This document shows, piece by piece, positions 1 to 7,290 of a stretch of DNA of 24,000 nucleotides. This stretch comes from Terriglobia bacterium (GTDB taxonomy: Bacteria; Acidobacteriota; Terriglobia; Versatilivoradales; Versatilivoraceae), in contig OY760650.2 of NCBI GenBank assembly GCA_963663845.2, positions 1,468,927 to 1,492,926 on the forward strand. The letters run 5' to 3'. The stretch's first letter is position 1. Every line of letters begins with the position of its first letter. A model generated the notes under the pieces. It ran no database searches and was not told the origin of the DNA. It worked only from the letters and a program-made list of their open reading frames with translations. The position numbers and the translations under genes were made by a program.

Positions 1-318
1 CCGTCTCTTGGAGAAGTAGTTGGCCACCAGCAGGATGATGGCGAACAGCCAGAACTTGTAGATGGGAGGCAAGCCGATTCCCGGCTCGGGAGAGGCCAGC
101 CAGGAGGCCAGGGTGGTCCCGACAAAGAGCAGCAGGGGCAGCTTGACGGGAGGGAACCGAAGGGTCGTCCGCCGATTCAGGAGGCAGTCCAGCAGGAACC
201 CCAGAATCGCCAGCCCAAGGAAGGTCTGGGATACCGCAATGCTGATCACCGGAAAGACGACCGCCAGGGTCGTCAATCCGAAGACGATGGGATCAAGCCT
301 GCTTCTGAACCATTGCAT
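1..318 (-). CDS. Polytopic membrane protein, N-terminal 106 codons (gene continues past the window start); resembles O-antigen ligase/Wzy-type N-termini
   Basis: Manual minus-strand translation from ATG at 316-318 gives MQWFRSRLDPIVFGLTTLAVVFPVISIAVSQTFLGLAILGFLLDCLLNRRTTLRFPPVKLPLLLFVGTTLASWLASPEPGIGLPPIYKFWLFAIILLVANYFSKRR. The frame is open to position 1, has GC-rich third positions and several hydrophobic spans. It is absent from the ORF track because no stop lies in the window. The family call rests only on remembered O-antigen ligase N-termini. Confidence 0.6.
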   Translation of the reverse strand, partial: MQWFRSRLDPIVFGLTTLAVVFPVISIAVSQTFLGLAILGFLLDCLLNRRTTLRFPPVKLPLLLFVGTTLASWLASPEPGIGLPPIYKFWLFAIILLVANYFSKRR

Positions 319-362
319 GGCGGGGGAAACGGGCACTCGGGAGACCGCTTGGGATCACAGAG

Positions 363-423
363 GAGCCATTTGCAAGATTTGCCGGAAGGAGACCACCCGG
401 GAGCGCGGGCGTCTCGCCCGCAT
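363..423 (+). repeat. Mosaic intergenic repeat: TTTGCAA-box segment plus GC hairpin core (H motif)
   Basis: GAGCCATTTGCAAGATTTGCCGGAAGGAGACCACCCGGGAGCGCGGGCGTCTCGCCCGCAT. The hairpin GCGGGCG-TCT-CGCCCGC is at 405-421. The reverse complement of 22815-22878 aligns along its whole length. It lies directly after the stop of the 426-1157 gene. Confidence 0.75.
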
Positions 424-425
424 CC

Positions 426-1157
426 TTACTTGCGAGCCACCACGACCTGCCGGTCGAAGCCCCAGCCGGTCACGTCCTGGCCCCGGACCAGGCGGCGCCG
501 GCTGAAGCCGGCCGCGCCCAGCCGATCCAGAATATCGGTCCCGTAGTTGCGATAACAGAGAACGGCCCCGGAGCCTCGAATGCGGTCCCCATGATATTCC
601 GGCGGCAGCAGGTGCTCCAGCCTGCCGTCTACCAGCCGGACTCTTTCCACGGTTTTCTCGGCGCCTGCCATCGGAACGGTGAACAGCAGCGACCCACCCG
701 GCCTGAGCACCCGGCGCAGCTCTCCAAAGCCCTGCAGATCATTGGGAACGTGCTCGAAAACCTCGGTCGAGGTGCAGACGTCGAAGCAGCCGTCGGGGTA
801 GGTCAGTTGCTGCACGTCCTGACATTGAACCCCTGCCTGGTATTGCCCGGGAGGCACGTCATCGAAATACTCGGAAAGCGTCAGCTTGCCGGCATGCCTG
901 CGAAGATAGCCCACCAGGGGGCCCCTGGAGGACAACTCGTACACATGGCGGCTCGACAGGTCGGGGAGGACGCCCTTCAGCACGCTCACAAAGGAGAGGG
1001 TGGCGGCGCTGGAGCGGCACCTGAGGCAGCGGACGGCCATCTCGTAGTCATCCAGCTTGACGAACCCCGCAGGGCCGCACACGGGACAATCGCCGACCCT
1101 GACCCCGACCTTGCGCCAGTTCAGCAGCGCCGCGGCTGTCCGTATCTCCCTCAACAT
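426..1157 (-). CDS. Class I SAM-dependent methyltransferase with N-terminal Cys4 zinc-ribbon-like motif
   Basis: 243 aa ORF. CPVCG...CLRCRS lies near the N-terminus. The methyltransferase fold signature is FDVCTSTEVFEHVPNDLQGFGELRRVLRPGGSLLFTVP (Methyltransf_11/25-like). Confidence 0.85.
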   Translation of the reverse strand: MLREIRTAAALLNWRKVGVRVGDCPVCGPAGFVKLDDYEMAVRCLRCRSSAATLSFVSVLKGVLPDLSSRHVYELSSRGPLVGYLRRHAGKLTLSEYFDDVPPGQYQAGVQCQDVQQLTYPDGCFDVCTSTEVFEHVPNDLQGFGELRRVLRPGGSLLFTVPMAGAEKTVERVRLVDGRLEHLLPPEYHGDRIRGSGAVLCYRNYGTDILDRLGAAGFSRRRLVRGQDVTGWGFDRQVVVARK

Positions 1158-1436
1158 GGTCTAGCCCACATTTCTCACCAGGCCGCTGGTGGCAGGACGA
1201 AAGGTAGTTTTTCTTCCAGCACCTTGATTGGCTTCAATTAAAGGGCTTGCGGATAACAGACGGCGCTGGGCATGCCCTGGCTGGTCCTTTTCCCTTCAGC
1301 GCGCACAGGCTCCCTCGACCGTAGAAACCGCTACGCTCTTCGGTCGCGAGCACGCCCTGAAGGAAAAATGCCTGCGCCATGATCATGCCCCCTGGTGAGA
1401 AATGCGGGCTTGCCCTGAGCGATCGCTGCCGGGGGA

Positions 1437-2561
1437 CTACTGCAGTCGAGTGCGGCCTTTCATGGTCTTGGGCGTGTCGAAAAAATCCTCGATCACGCGG
1501 CGCGCCGAATTCAGGTCGCGGCAGCGGTTCACCTGGGTGGAAAGGAAGTGTCCAAAATGGATCCACTTGTGTCCCCAGGCCAGAAACAGCCGCAGGCGAG
1601 GCAATTGCTCGGCCGGAGCGAATCCGGCTTCCAGCCGGTCGCAGAAATACGACAGGGCCCGCTGGTATTCCCGGCCCTCCTCCTCTGCCGTCCGGGGCGC
1701 CCGCTGCCCCTCCCGTCCCCTGGGCGGGGCGAACCCCAACTGCTCGGCCACCTGCCAGAAGATCCAGGGCCTGGCGGTGGCGGCCCGAGCCACCATCACG
1801 CCGTCGCAACCCGTCTGCCGCAGCATGCGCACCACATCCGAGGCCTGCTGGACGTCCCCATTGCCGATGACCGGGATTCGCACGGCCTCCCGCACCCTGG
1901 CGATGTACTCCCAGTTGGCCTGGCCGCGGCGGTGCTGGGACTGAATCCGGGGATGGAGCGTGACCCAGTCGGCTCCGGCCTGCTCCAGCATCCTGGCAAA
2001 ATCCACCAGGTACTCGGGATCATCCTTGAGGCCGGTCCTCATCTTCACCGAGAGCGGCAGGGAGGTGAGCCGCCGGGTGGTGCGCACCACTTCCTCGGCG
2101 TACCGAATGTCCCCCATCAAGGCCACTCCCCAGTTGTGCTTGAGGACCTTGCTGACCGGACAGCCCATGTTGATATCGATTCCAGCCGGCGAAAGGGTCA
2201 TCAGCTTCCTGAGCGACGGCGCAATCCAACACTCGTCGTTACCCAGAAGCTGGGGAATCAGGTTCCGTTCCCCCGCCGCGACCCGGGTCTTGGGTGTCCG
2301 TCCGACCTCCTCCCCGGGCAGAATGCGCGTGGACAGCATCTCCGTAAACAGCAGGGTTCCGGCATGGGACGGCAGGTAGGTTCGAACGAGCTGGCGAAAG
2401 GCCAGGTGCGACAACCCCGCCATGGGCGCGAAGATCACCGGAAAGTCGACCCGCACCCCGTTGCCGAAGGGAACGCCAAACAGCCGGCTGTCCCGCACCC
2501 TGGCGGGGGGCGCTTCCCGGATCGGGGCGGGTCTCGACACGGGCGCTTCCACGCTGATCAT
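1437..2561 (-). CDS. tRNA-dihydrouridine synthase (Dus family)
   Basis: 374 aa ORF with Dus hallmarks: FAPMAGLSHLAFRQLV, GIDINMGCPVSKV, LSVKMRTG, VTLHPR, PVIGNGDV. Confidence 0.9.
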   Translation of the reverse strand: MISVEAPVSRPAPIREAPPARVRDSRLFGVPFGNGVRVDFPVIFAPMAGLSHLAFRQLVRTYLPSHAGTLLFTEMLSTRILPGEEVGRTPKTRVAAGERNLIPQLLGNDECWIAPSLRKLMTLSPAGIDINMGCPVSKVLKHNWGVALMGDIRYAEEVVRTTRRLTSLPLSVKMRTGLKDDPEYLVDFARMLEQAGADWVTLHPRIQSQHRRGQANWEYIARVREAVRIPVIGNGDVQQASDVVRMLRQTGCDGVMVARAATARPWIFWQVAEQLGFAPPRGREGQRAPRTAEEEGREYQRALSYFCDRLEAGFAPAEQLPRLRLFLAWGHKWIHFGHFLSTQVNRCRDLNSARRVIEDFFDTPKTMKGRTRLQ

Positions 2562-2621
2562 GACTTCCTGCCCCTCGGTGAATGTCTTTTTCCCTGCTTG
2601 TCGGTCTGAGGCGCAAGCCGG

Positions 2622-3110
2622 CTAGTGGACGGTCATGTCCATGTTGCCGATGGCCTTGAGGGCCACCTCATTCTCGGGATCGATTTCCAGCGCCTGCATG
2701 TACTCGTCCAGGGCCTTCATCTGTTCACCCTTTGCCAGGTAGATGTGCCCCAGGTTCAGGCAGGGGAAGTGCTTGGGATCGTACCGCTTGGCCTTCTTGG
2801 CTTTCTCCAGCCAGCCGACGGCCTCGTCCATTTGTCCCTGGCGCATCAGGTAGACGCCGATGTCGTTGTAGGGATTGCCGAACTCGGGATCGACCGCAAT
2901 CGCCAGGTGGCAATCGCGGATGGCCTGGTCGAGCATGCCCAGGAAGGATACGGCCCAACCCCGGTAGGTGTAGCCTTCGGCGGTTGGATGGACGGCGACG
3001 CTTCGGTTGAAGAGTCCGACCGCCGTGAGGAAGCGGCCCTTGACCAGGTGCTTGACTCCCTCTTCCCAAAGGGTGCGCGCCTGTTTCTGGTTCTGATCTT
3101 CGGAACTCAT
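2622..3110 (-). CDS. Tetratricopeptide (TPR) repeat protein
   Basis: 34-residue TPR periodicity runs through ...GRFLTAVGLFNRSVAVHPTAEGYTYRGWAVSFLGMLDQAIRDCHLAIAVDPEFGNPYNDIGVYLMRQGQMDEAVGWLEKAKK...YLAKGEQMKALDEYMQALEIDPEN. I chose the start at ATG 3108-3110 (MSSEDQNQ). The longer ORF versions (3188, 3257) read through an interspersed repeat that also occurs at 13889-14055, so the extension is probably not coding. Confidence 0.75.
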   Translation of the reverse strand: MSSEDQNQKQARTLWEEGVKHLVKGRFLTAVGLFNRSVAVHPTAEGYTYRGWAVSFLGMLDQAIRDCHLAIAVDPEFGNPYNDIGVYLMRQGQMDEAVGWLEKAKKAKRYDPKHFPCLNLGHIYLAKGEQMKALDEYMQALEIDPENEVALKAIGNMDMTVH

Positions 3111-3164
3111 GGCTGTGAGGAACAGGATACCCCCCTCGATTGGATTCAGGCAAGCCCAGCCCGG

Positions 3165-3320
3165 CCCCTCCACGACGGTGCGGATCATACGGGAGTGAAA
3201 CACCCAATCGTCAATAAAGGCGAACCACGAATGAACACGAATAGACACGAATGCCAATGGACCTCCTTGGCTGCGATGCCGTCACGGGATGAAGCCCCAC
3301 CTGGGGGCGCCTCTCCCGTG
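3165..3320 (+). repeat. Interspersed repeat family E (copy b), ending in a degenerate H motif
   Basis: CCCCTCCACGACGGTGCGGATCATACGGGAGTGAAACACCCAATCGTCAATAAAGGCGAACCACGAATGAACACGAATAGACACGAATGCCAATGGACCTCCTTGGCTGCGATGCCGTCACGGGATGAAGCCCCACCTGGGGGCGCC... aligns along its length with the reverse complement of 13889-14055. It contains CACGAAT at 3226, 3236 and 3246, an exact 10-nt period. Confidence 0.8.
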
Positions 3321-3451
3321 TGTCTTGGTGGATCACTCCTTTTTTCGAGCCATTTGCTGAATGTGGCAGCGGGACGTTTCCCGAGAATGGCTACAAAAAG
3401 GACAGAAATACAAAAAGAACCCTCGGACCGGCAAGACTCGAGTTCAAGAAA

Positions 3452-3545
3452 CTCATTTTGTGCCTTTTGTGCTTTTTGTGGTGAATGACGGAGCCGGTAG
3501 GCCGCCTCAACGTCATTCCCGATGGGGAATTTTGCAAAGGGCTCA
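3452..3545 (+). repeat. Interspersed repeat family C (copy 1)
   Basis: TTTTGTG occurs three times at 9-nt period (3456, 3465, 3474). This is followed by GTGAATG.CGG, CCGCCTCAACGTC, the hairpin ATTCCC-GATG-GGGAAT (3515-3530) and TTTTGCAAAGGGCTC. The same order of blocks occurs at 16234-16350. Confidence 0.8.
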
Positions 3546-3551
3546 TGACCT

Positions 3552-3668
3552 ATTGGTGTTCATTCGTGTCCATTCGTGGTTCGCCGTTCCCCGTGGTGGA
3601 TATCTCTTTCCCTTTTGTGTCTTCCTTGGTGACCCTTCGTGGATTTCTTTTTGGAGGTCTTCGTGGAT
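3552..3668 (+). repeat. Short-repeat arrays (ATTGGTG/ATTCGTG x3 at 10-nt period; CTTCGTGGAT x2)
   Basis: ATTGGTG is at 3552, with ATTCGTG at 3562 and 3572. CTTCGTGGAT is at 3635-3644 and 3659-3668. Related arrays occur at 3226-3252, 13962-13988 and, in reverse complement, at 11691-11716. Confidence 0.65.
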
Positions 3669-3718
3669 AACCCCTCATTCGCTTTCGACTCGGAGGTGCA
3701 TTGGCTCCGTCCGCCGGC

Positions 3719-3746
3719 TTGACCCGAAATCGGCAATTCCTTTACT
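3719..3746 (+). promoter_or_regulatory. Candidate sigma70-type promoter for ispG
   Basis: TTGACC (3719-3724), a 16-nt spacer, then TTTACT (3741-3746), about 50 nt upstream of the ispG ATG. GGTGGAGAG is a likely RBS 9 nt before the ATG. This is a pattern match only. Confidence 0.3.
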
Positions 3747-3798
3747 CTGTGTTGGCAATCGCCTGACCTCGTGCCATAAAGGGGTGGAGAGACGTCGG

Positions 3799-5037
3799 AT
3801 GAAAACGATCCAAAGGCGGCAGACGGTGGCGGTCCGGGTCGGACCGGTCATGGTGGGCTCCGGATTTCCGGTGGCGGTGCAGTCCATGACCAACACCGAC
3901 ACCGCCGCTGCGGCCGGCACCGCCAACCAGGTGGCCGCTCTGGCCCAGTCGGGCTCGGAGCTGGTCCGGATCACGGTAAACAACGACCAGGCAGCCCGGG
4001 CCGTCCCCGAGATCGCGTCCCGCCTGCGCGACCTGGGGATCGAGGTCCCGCTGGTGGGCGACTTTCACTACAACGGGCATCTCCTGCTCAGCCGCTATCC
4101 CGACTGCGCCCGCACCCTGGCCAAATACCGCATCAACCCCGGCAACGTCGGCGCCGGCAGGCACCGGGACGACAACTTCCGCCGCATGATCGAGGTGGCC
4201 AACCAGAACGCCAAGCCGGTCAGGATCGGGGTGAACTGGGGGTCGCTGGACCAGGTGCTGCTGGTCCGCCTGATGGACGAAAACGCGGCTTCCCCCCGGC
4301 CGAAGGACTCCGCCGAGGTGACGCGGGACGCCATCGTCAGGAGCGGACTGGAATCGGCCCGTTTGGCGGAAGAATACGGCATGCCCCACGACCGCATCAT
4401 CCTGAGCGCCAAGGTCTCGGGCGTGCAAGACCTCATAAAGGTCTACCGGGACCTGGCGGGCCGCTGCGACTATCCCCTGCACTTGGGGCTGACCGAGGCG
4501 GGCATGGGGACCAAGGGGATCGTGGCCAGCACGGCCGCCCTGTCCGTGCTGCTTCAGGAGGGGATCGGGGATACCATCCGGGTCTCCCTGACCCCCGCTC
4601 CCGGGGGCGACCGCACCGAAGAGGTCCAGGTCTGCCAGCAGATTCTCCAGTCCATGGGAATTCGCAGCTTTCTGCCTCAGGTGACCGCCTGCCCGGGATG
4701 CGGCCGCACCACCAGCACCTTCTTCCAGGAAATGGCCGAGGAGATCCAGAACTATCTGAAAAACCGCATGCCGGCCTGGAAGGACCGGTACGAGGGGGTG
4801 GAAGACCTCAAGGTTGCGGTCATGGGCTGCGTCGTCAACGGCCCCGGGGAATCCAAGCACGCCCATATCGGCATTTCCCTTCCCGGCACGGGAGAAGACC
4901 CCAAGGCGCCCGTGTTCGTCGACGGCCGACTCGAGACCACCTTGCGGGGAGCCGGACTGGTGGCCGAGTTCCTGGAGCTGATCGATGGATACGTGGACTC
5001 GCACTACTCCAGAAGAGACCCTTCCTCCCCCGGGTGA
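3799..5037 (+). CDS. ispG: 4-hydroxy-3-methylbut-2-en-1-yl diphosphate synthase (flavodoxin), IspG/GcpE
   Basis: The start is at ATG 3799 ([15 protein letters not shown]...), preceded by an RBS. The part of ORF 3361-5037 upstream of it runs through repeats. IspG motifs are [28 protein letters not shown] and RIGVNWGSL. The C-terminal Fe-S ligand region is ACPGCGRT...[12 protein letters not shown]. Confidence 0.93.
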   Translation: MKTIQRRQTVAVRVGPVMVGSGFPVAVQSMTNTDTAAAAGTANQVAALAQSGSELVRITVNNDQAARAVPEIASRLRDLGIEVPLVGDFHYNGHLLLSRYPDCARTLAKYRINPGNVGAGRHRDDNFRRMIEVANQNAKPVRIGVNWGSLDQVLLVRLMDENAASPRPKDSAEVTRDAIVRSGLESARLAEEYGMPHDRIILSAKVSGVQDLIKVYRDLAGRCDYPLHLGLTEAGMGTKGIVASTAALSVLLQEGIGDTIRVSLTPAPGGDRTEEVQVCQQILQSMGIRSFLPQVTACPGCGRTTSTFFQEMAEEIQNYLKNRMPAWKDRYEGVEDLKVAVMGCVVNGPGESKHAHIGISLPGTGEDPKAPVFVDGRLETTLRGAGLVAEFLELIDGYVDSHYSRRDPSSPG

Positions 5038-5040
5038 GAC

Positions 5041-6159
5041 ATGCGGGCCAGCTCCCCAATCTCGGCGCCGCTCCTGCTGGCGGTGTGGGTTCTGGGCTTT
5101 CCGGGGGCGGCCCGGCTCCATGCCTCCGACCTGCGGAACCCTTCCGAGGTCATTCCCGGCGGCGAGACCCTGGTCTACGAGGTCCGCTGGGACCCTCCGG
5201 CCTGGCTGTTCTTCATCCCCACCATCAGCGCCGGCGAGATGACTCTCAAGTTCGAGAAGGGAGTCGACGAGGGGGGCAGGCCCATTTTCAGGATCACGGC
5301 CGATGCGGTCTCCGCCGGAGTGCTTCCCCGGCTGACGGGCATCACCGTCAAGGACCACTTCGAGTCGCTGGTGGCGGCCGAGGGGTTCTGCTCCAACCGG
5401 TTCACCAAGATCACCCGGGAAGGCAGGCGCCACCGGGACGTGGTGCTCACCTTCGACCAGGAGTCCCGTCGGGGCCGCTACCTGGCCTGGGACGCTGCCC
5501 AGAAGCCGCCCAGGGAGCTGAAGAACGAGGAGCTGGAAGACCTTCCCCCCTGCGTCCAGGACTTCCTGTCGGCCATCTACCGCACCCGATTGCGAGGGCT
5601 CCGGGTGGGAGAGAACTACCCGCTGCACGTGAGCGACAACGGAGTGGTCAAGGAGGTCGACATCCGGGCGGTGAGGCGCGAGCGGGTGGAGGCCATTGCG
5701 GGAACCTGGTCCGCCATCAGAATCGACACCGTTTCGGTGGGAGGGCTCTTCAAGGGGGGAGGGAGCTTCGTGCTCTGGTTCAGCGACGACGGGGCCAGCA
5801 TCCCCGTCAAGTACGAAGCCCAGGTCAAGTTCGGGAAGCTCTTCGGCACCATCAAGCACCTGGAGGGCGCCGCGGCCAAGCGGGCCGACTCGCCCCCTGC
5901 GACAACGGAGCCGTCAACAGGCAGGCTACACCAGTTCCTCGATGGGGGTTCCGGTCTCGTCGTTGATGGAGTTGGCGATCTTGAGCGGACGGCCGATGGG
6001 ATGCATGTACTCCTTGGTCCAATCGATGCCGAACGCCTTGTAGATGGTCGCCAGCAGGTCTCCCACGGTCACCATCCGATCGGCCACGTAGGCGCCGCGC
6101 TCGTCGCTCGACCCGATGACCTGGCCGCCCCGGATTCCGCCGCCGCCCAACACCACTGA
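5041..6159 (+). CDS. DUF3108 domain-containing secreted protein with an unusually long C-terminal tail
   Basis: The ATG lies 3 nt after the ispG stop. There is a signal peptide (MRASSPISAPLLLAVWVLGFPGAARLHA). DUF3108-like blocks are GETLVYEVRW, AGEMTL, VQDFLSAIYRTR and FVLWFSDDGASIPVKYEAQVKFGKLFGTI. The first in-frame stop is at 6157-6159, so the last 234 nt overlap the convergent DUF1501 gene. Confidence 0.75.
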   Translation: MRASSPISAPLLLAVWVLGFPGAARLHASDLRNPSEVIPGGETLVYEVRWDPPAWLFFIPTISAGEMTLKFEKGVDEGGRPIFRITADAVSAGVLPRLTGITVKDHFESLVAAEGFCSNRFTKITREGRRHRDVVLTFDQESRRGRYLAWDAAQKPPRELKNEELEDLPPCVQDFLSAIYRTRLRGLRVGENYPLHVSDNGVVKEVDIRAVRRERVEAIAGTWSAIRIDTVSVGGLFKGGGSFVLWFSDDGASIPVKYEAQVKFGKLFGTIKHLEGAAAKRADSPPATTEPSTGRLHQFLDGGSGLVVDGVGDLERTADGMHVLLGPIDAERLVDGRQQVSHGHHPIGHVGAALVARPDDLAAPDSAAAQHH

Positions 6160-7269
6160 GAAGCAATGGCACCAGTGATCCCGGCCTCCGCCGACATTGA
6201 GGTCATGGGTCCGGCCGAACTCTCCCGTCACCACCACCACGGTTGACTCCAGCAGGCCCCTCTGCTCCAGGTCCTCCAGCAGCGCCGACAACGTCTGGTC
6301 CACCACCGGCACCAGGTAGTCGCGATGTTGGTAGTCGTTGCCGAAATGGGTGTCCCAGTCGCGCCCCGTCTGGGGCCGGTTCAGGTCCAGAGCCGTCACG
6401 AAGCGGCTGCCCGCCTCCACCATGCGCCGCGCGATCAGCACGCTCTGGCCGAAGGTGTTGCGGCCGTAGGCATCCCGGGTCGCCTCCGACTCCTTGGAGA
6501 GGTCGAAGGCCTCCCGGACCGCCGGCGACAGGATCATGTTCCAGGCCTGGGCCCGAAAGGCGTCCATGCTGGCATGCTCGGCGCTTTCCACCTTGCGGCG
6601 GTAGAGTTGGTCCACCACCCCCAGGAAGGAGCGCCGCGACTCCATGCGCTCCACCGTGAGCCCCTCCGGCAGGCTCAGGTCGGGCACCTCGAAGCCCTGG
6701 TCGTTGGGATCGGGGATCTCCAGCGGCTCATAGCGGGCTCCCAGGAAGTGGGCCTTGTAGTAGTTCCGGTACCCGGGATGGATCTTGGGGACGATGATGT
6801 TGGCCGGCACGTCCCGCCGCGGCCCCATCTCCTTGGTGATGATGGAGCTGAAGGCGGGGAACTTCATGGAGGGGTTGGGCCGGTGCCCGGTCATGACGTA
6901 GTGGTGGCCCAGGCCGTGGTTGTTCTCCTCGGTATGCATGGAGCGAATGACCGCCAGCTTGTCCATGTGCCTGGCCGAACGGGGGAGAAGCTCCGAGATC
7001 CGGATGCCCGGCACGTTGGTCGAGATGGGCTTGAAGGAGCTGTTGGCCTTGGGGTCCCACATGTCGATGTGGCTGGGACCCCCGTTGAGCCAGAGCAGAA
7101 TGCAGGCCTGGGCCTTGCCCGGCAGGGCCGCGCCGCCCGAGGTTGCGAGCGGAGCCGCCTGCAGGTAACGGCTCAGGTTCATTCCCATGAAGCTCAGGGC
7201 GCCCACCCGCAGCATGGAACGGCGGCTGAGATCGGCTCCTTCGACAATCCAGCGACTTGGCTTTTTCAT
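5926..7269 (-). CDS. DUF1501 domain-containing protein (sulfatase/alkaline-phosphatase-like fold), Tat signal; module copy 1, gene 3
   Basis: 447 aa. The twin-arginine motif is LSRRSMLRVGALSFMG. DUF1501 blocks are ILLWLNGGPSHIDMWDPK, AVIRSMHTEENNH, TGEFGRT, GGRDHW and VLGGGGIRGGQVIGSSD. The RBS GAGGGAG lies before the ATG, 21 nt after the upstream stop. Confidence 0.9.
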   Translation of the reverse strand: MKKPSRWIVEGADLSRRSMLRVGALSFMGMNLSRYLQAAPLATSGGAALPGKAQACILLWLNGGPSHIDMWDPKANSSFKPISTNVPGIRISELLPRSARHMDKLAVIRSMHTEENNHGLGHHYVMTGHRPNPSMKFPAFSSIITKEMGPRRDVPANIIVPKIHPGYRNYYKAHFLGARYEPLEIPDPNDQGFEVPDLSLPEGLTVERMESRRSFLGVVDQLYRRKVESAEHASMDAFRAQAWNMILSPAVREAFDLSKESEATRDAYGRNTFGQSVLIARRMVEAGSRFVTALDLNRPQTGRDWDTHFGNDYQHRDYLVPVVDQTLSALLEDLEQRGLLESTVVVVTGEFGRTHDLNVGGGRDHWCHCFSVVLGGGGIRGGQVIGSSDERGAYVADRMVTVGDLLATIYKAFGIDWTKEYMHPIGRPLKIANSINDETGTPIEELV

Positions 7270-7290
7270 GGAACTCCCTCGTTAGGTCCC

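Noticed and set aside
1340-1380. CCCUGAAGGAAAAAUGCC as a possible SRP (4.5S) RNA domain IV motif
   Set aside because: There is only a partial resemblance to the conserved GGAAGGAAGCAGCC core. The matching opposite-strand motif and the closing helix of SRP RNA are absent.
3361-3798. N-terminal 146 codons of ORF 3361-5037 (and likewise the 3111-3257 part of the TPR ORF) as coding sequence
   Set aside because: These stretches run through interspersed repeats (families C and E and the ATTCGTG arrays) that recur in non-coding contexts and in both orientations elsewhere. A well-placed internal ATG with an RBS (3799) starts the conserved IspG N-terminus.
3742-5859. 705-aa minus-strand ORF opposite ispG and the DUF3108 gene
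   Set aside because: This is a shadow ORF for the same reasons as above. ispG on the plus strand is unambiguous, with Fe-S ligand and TIM-barrel motifs.
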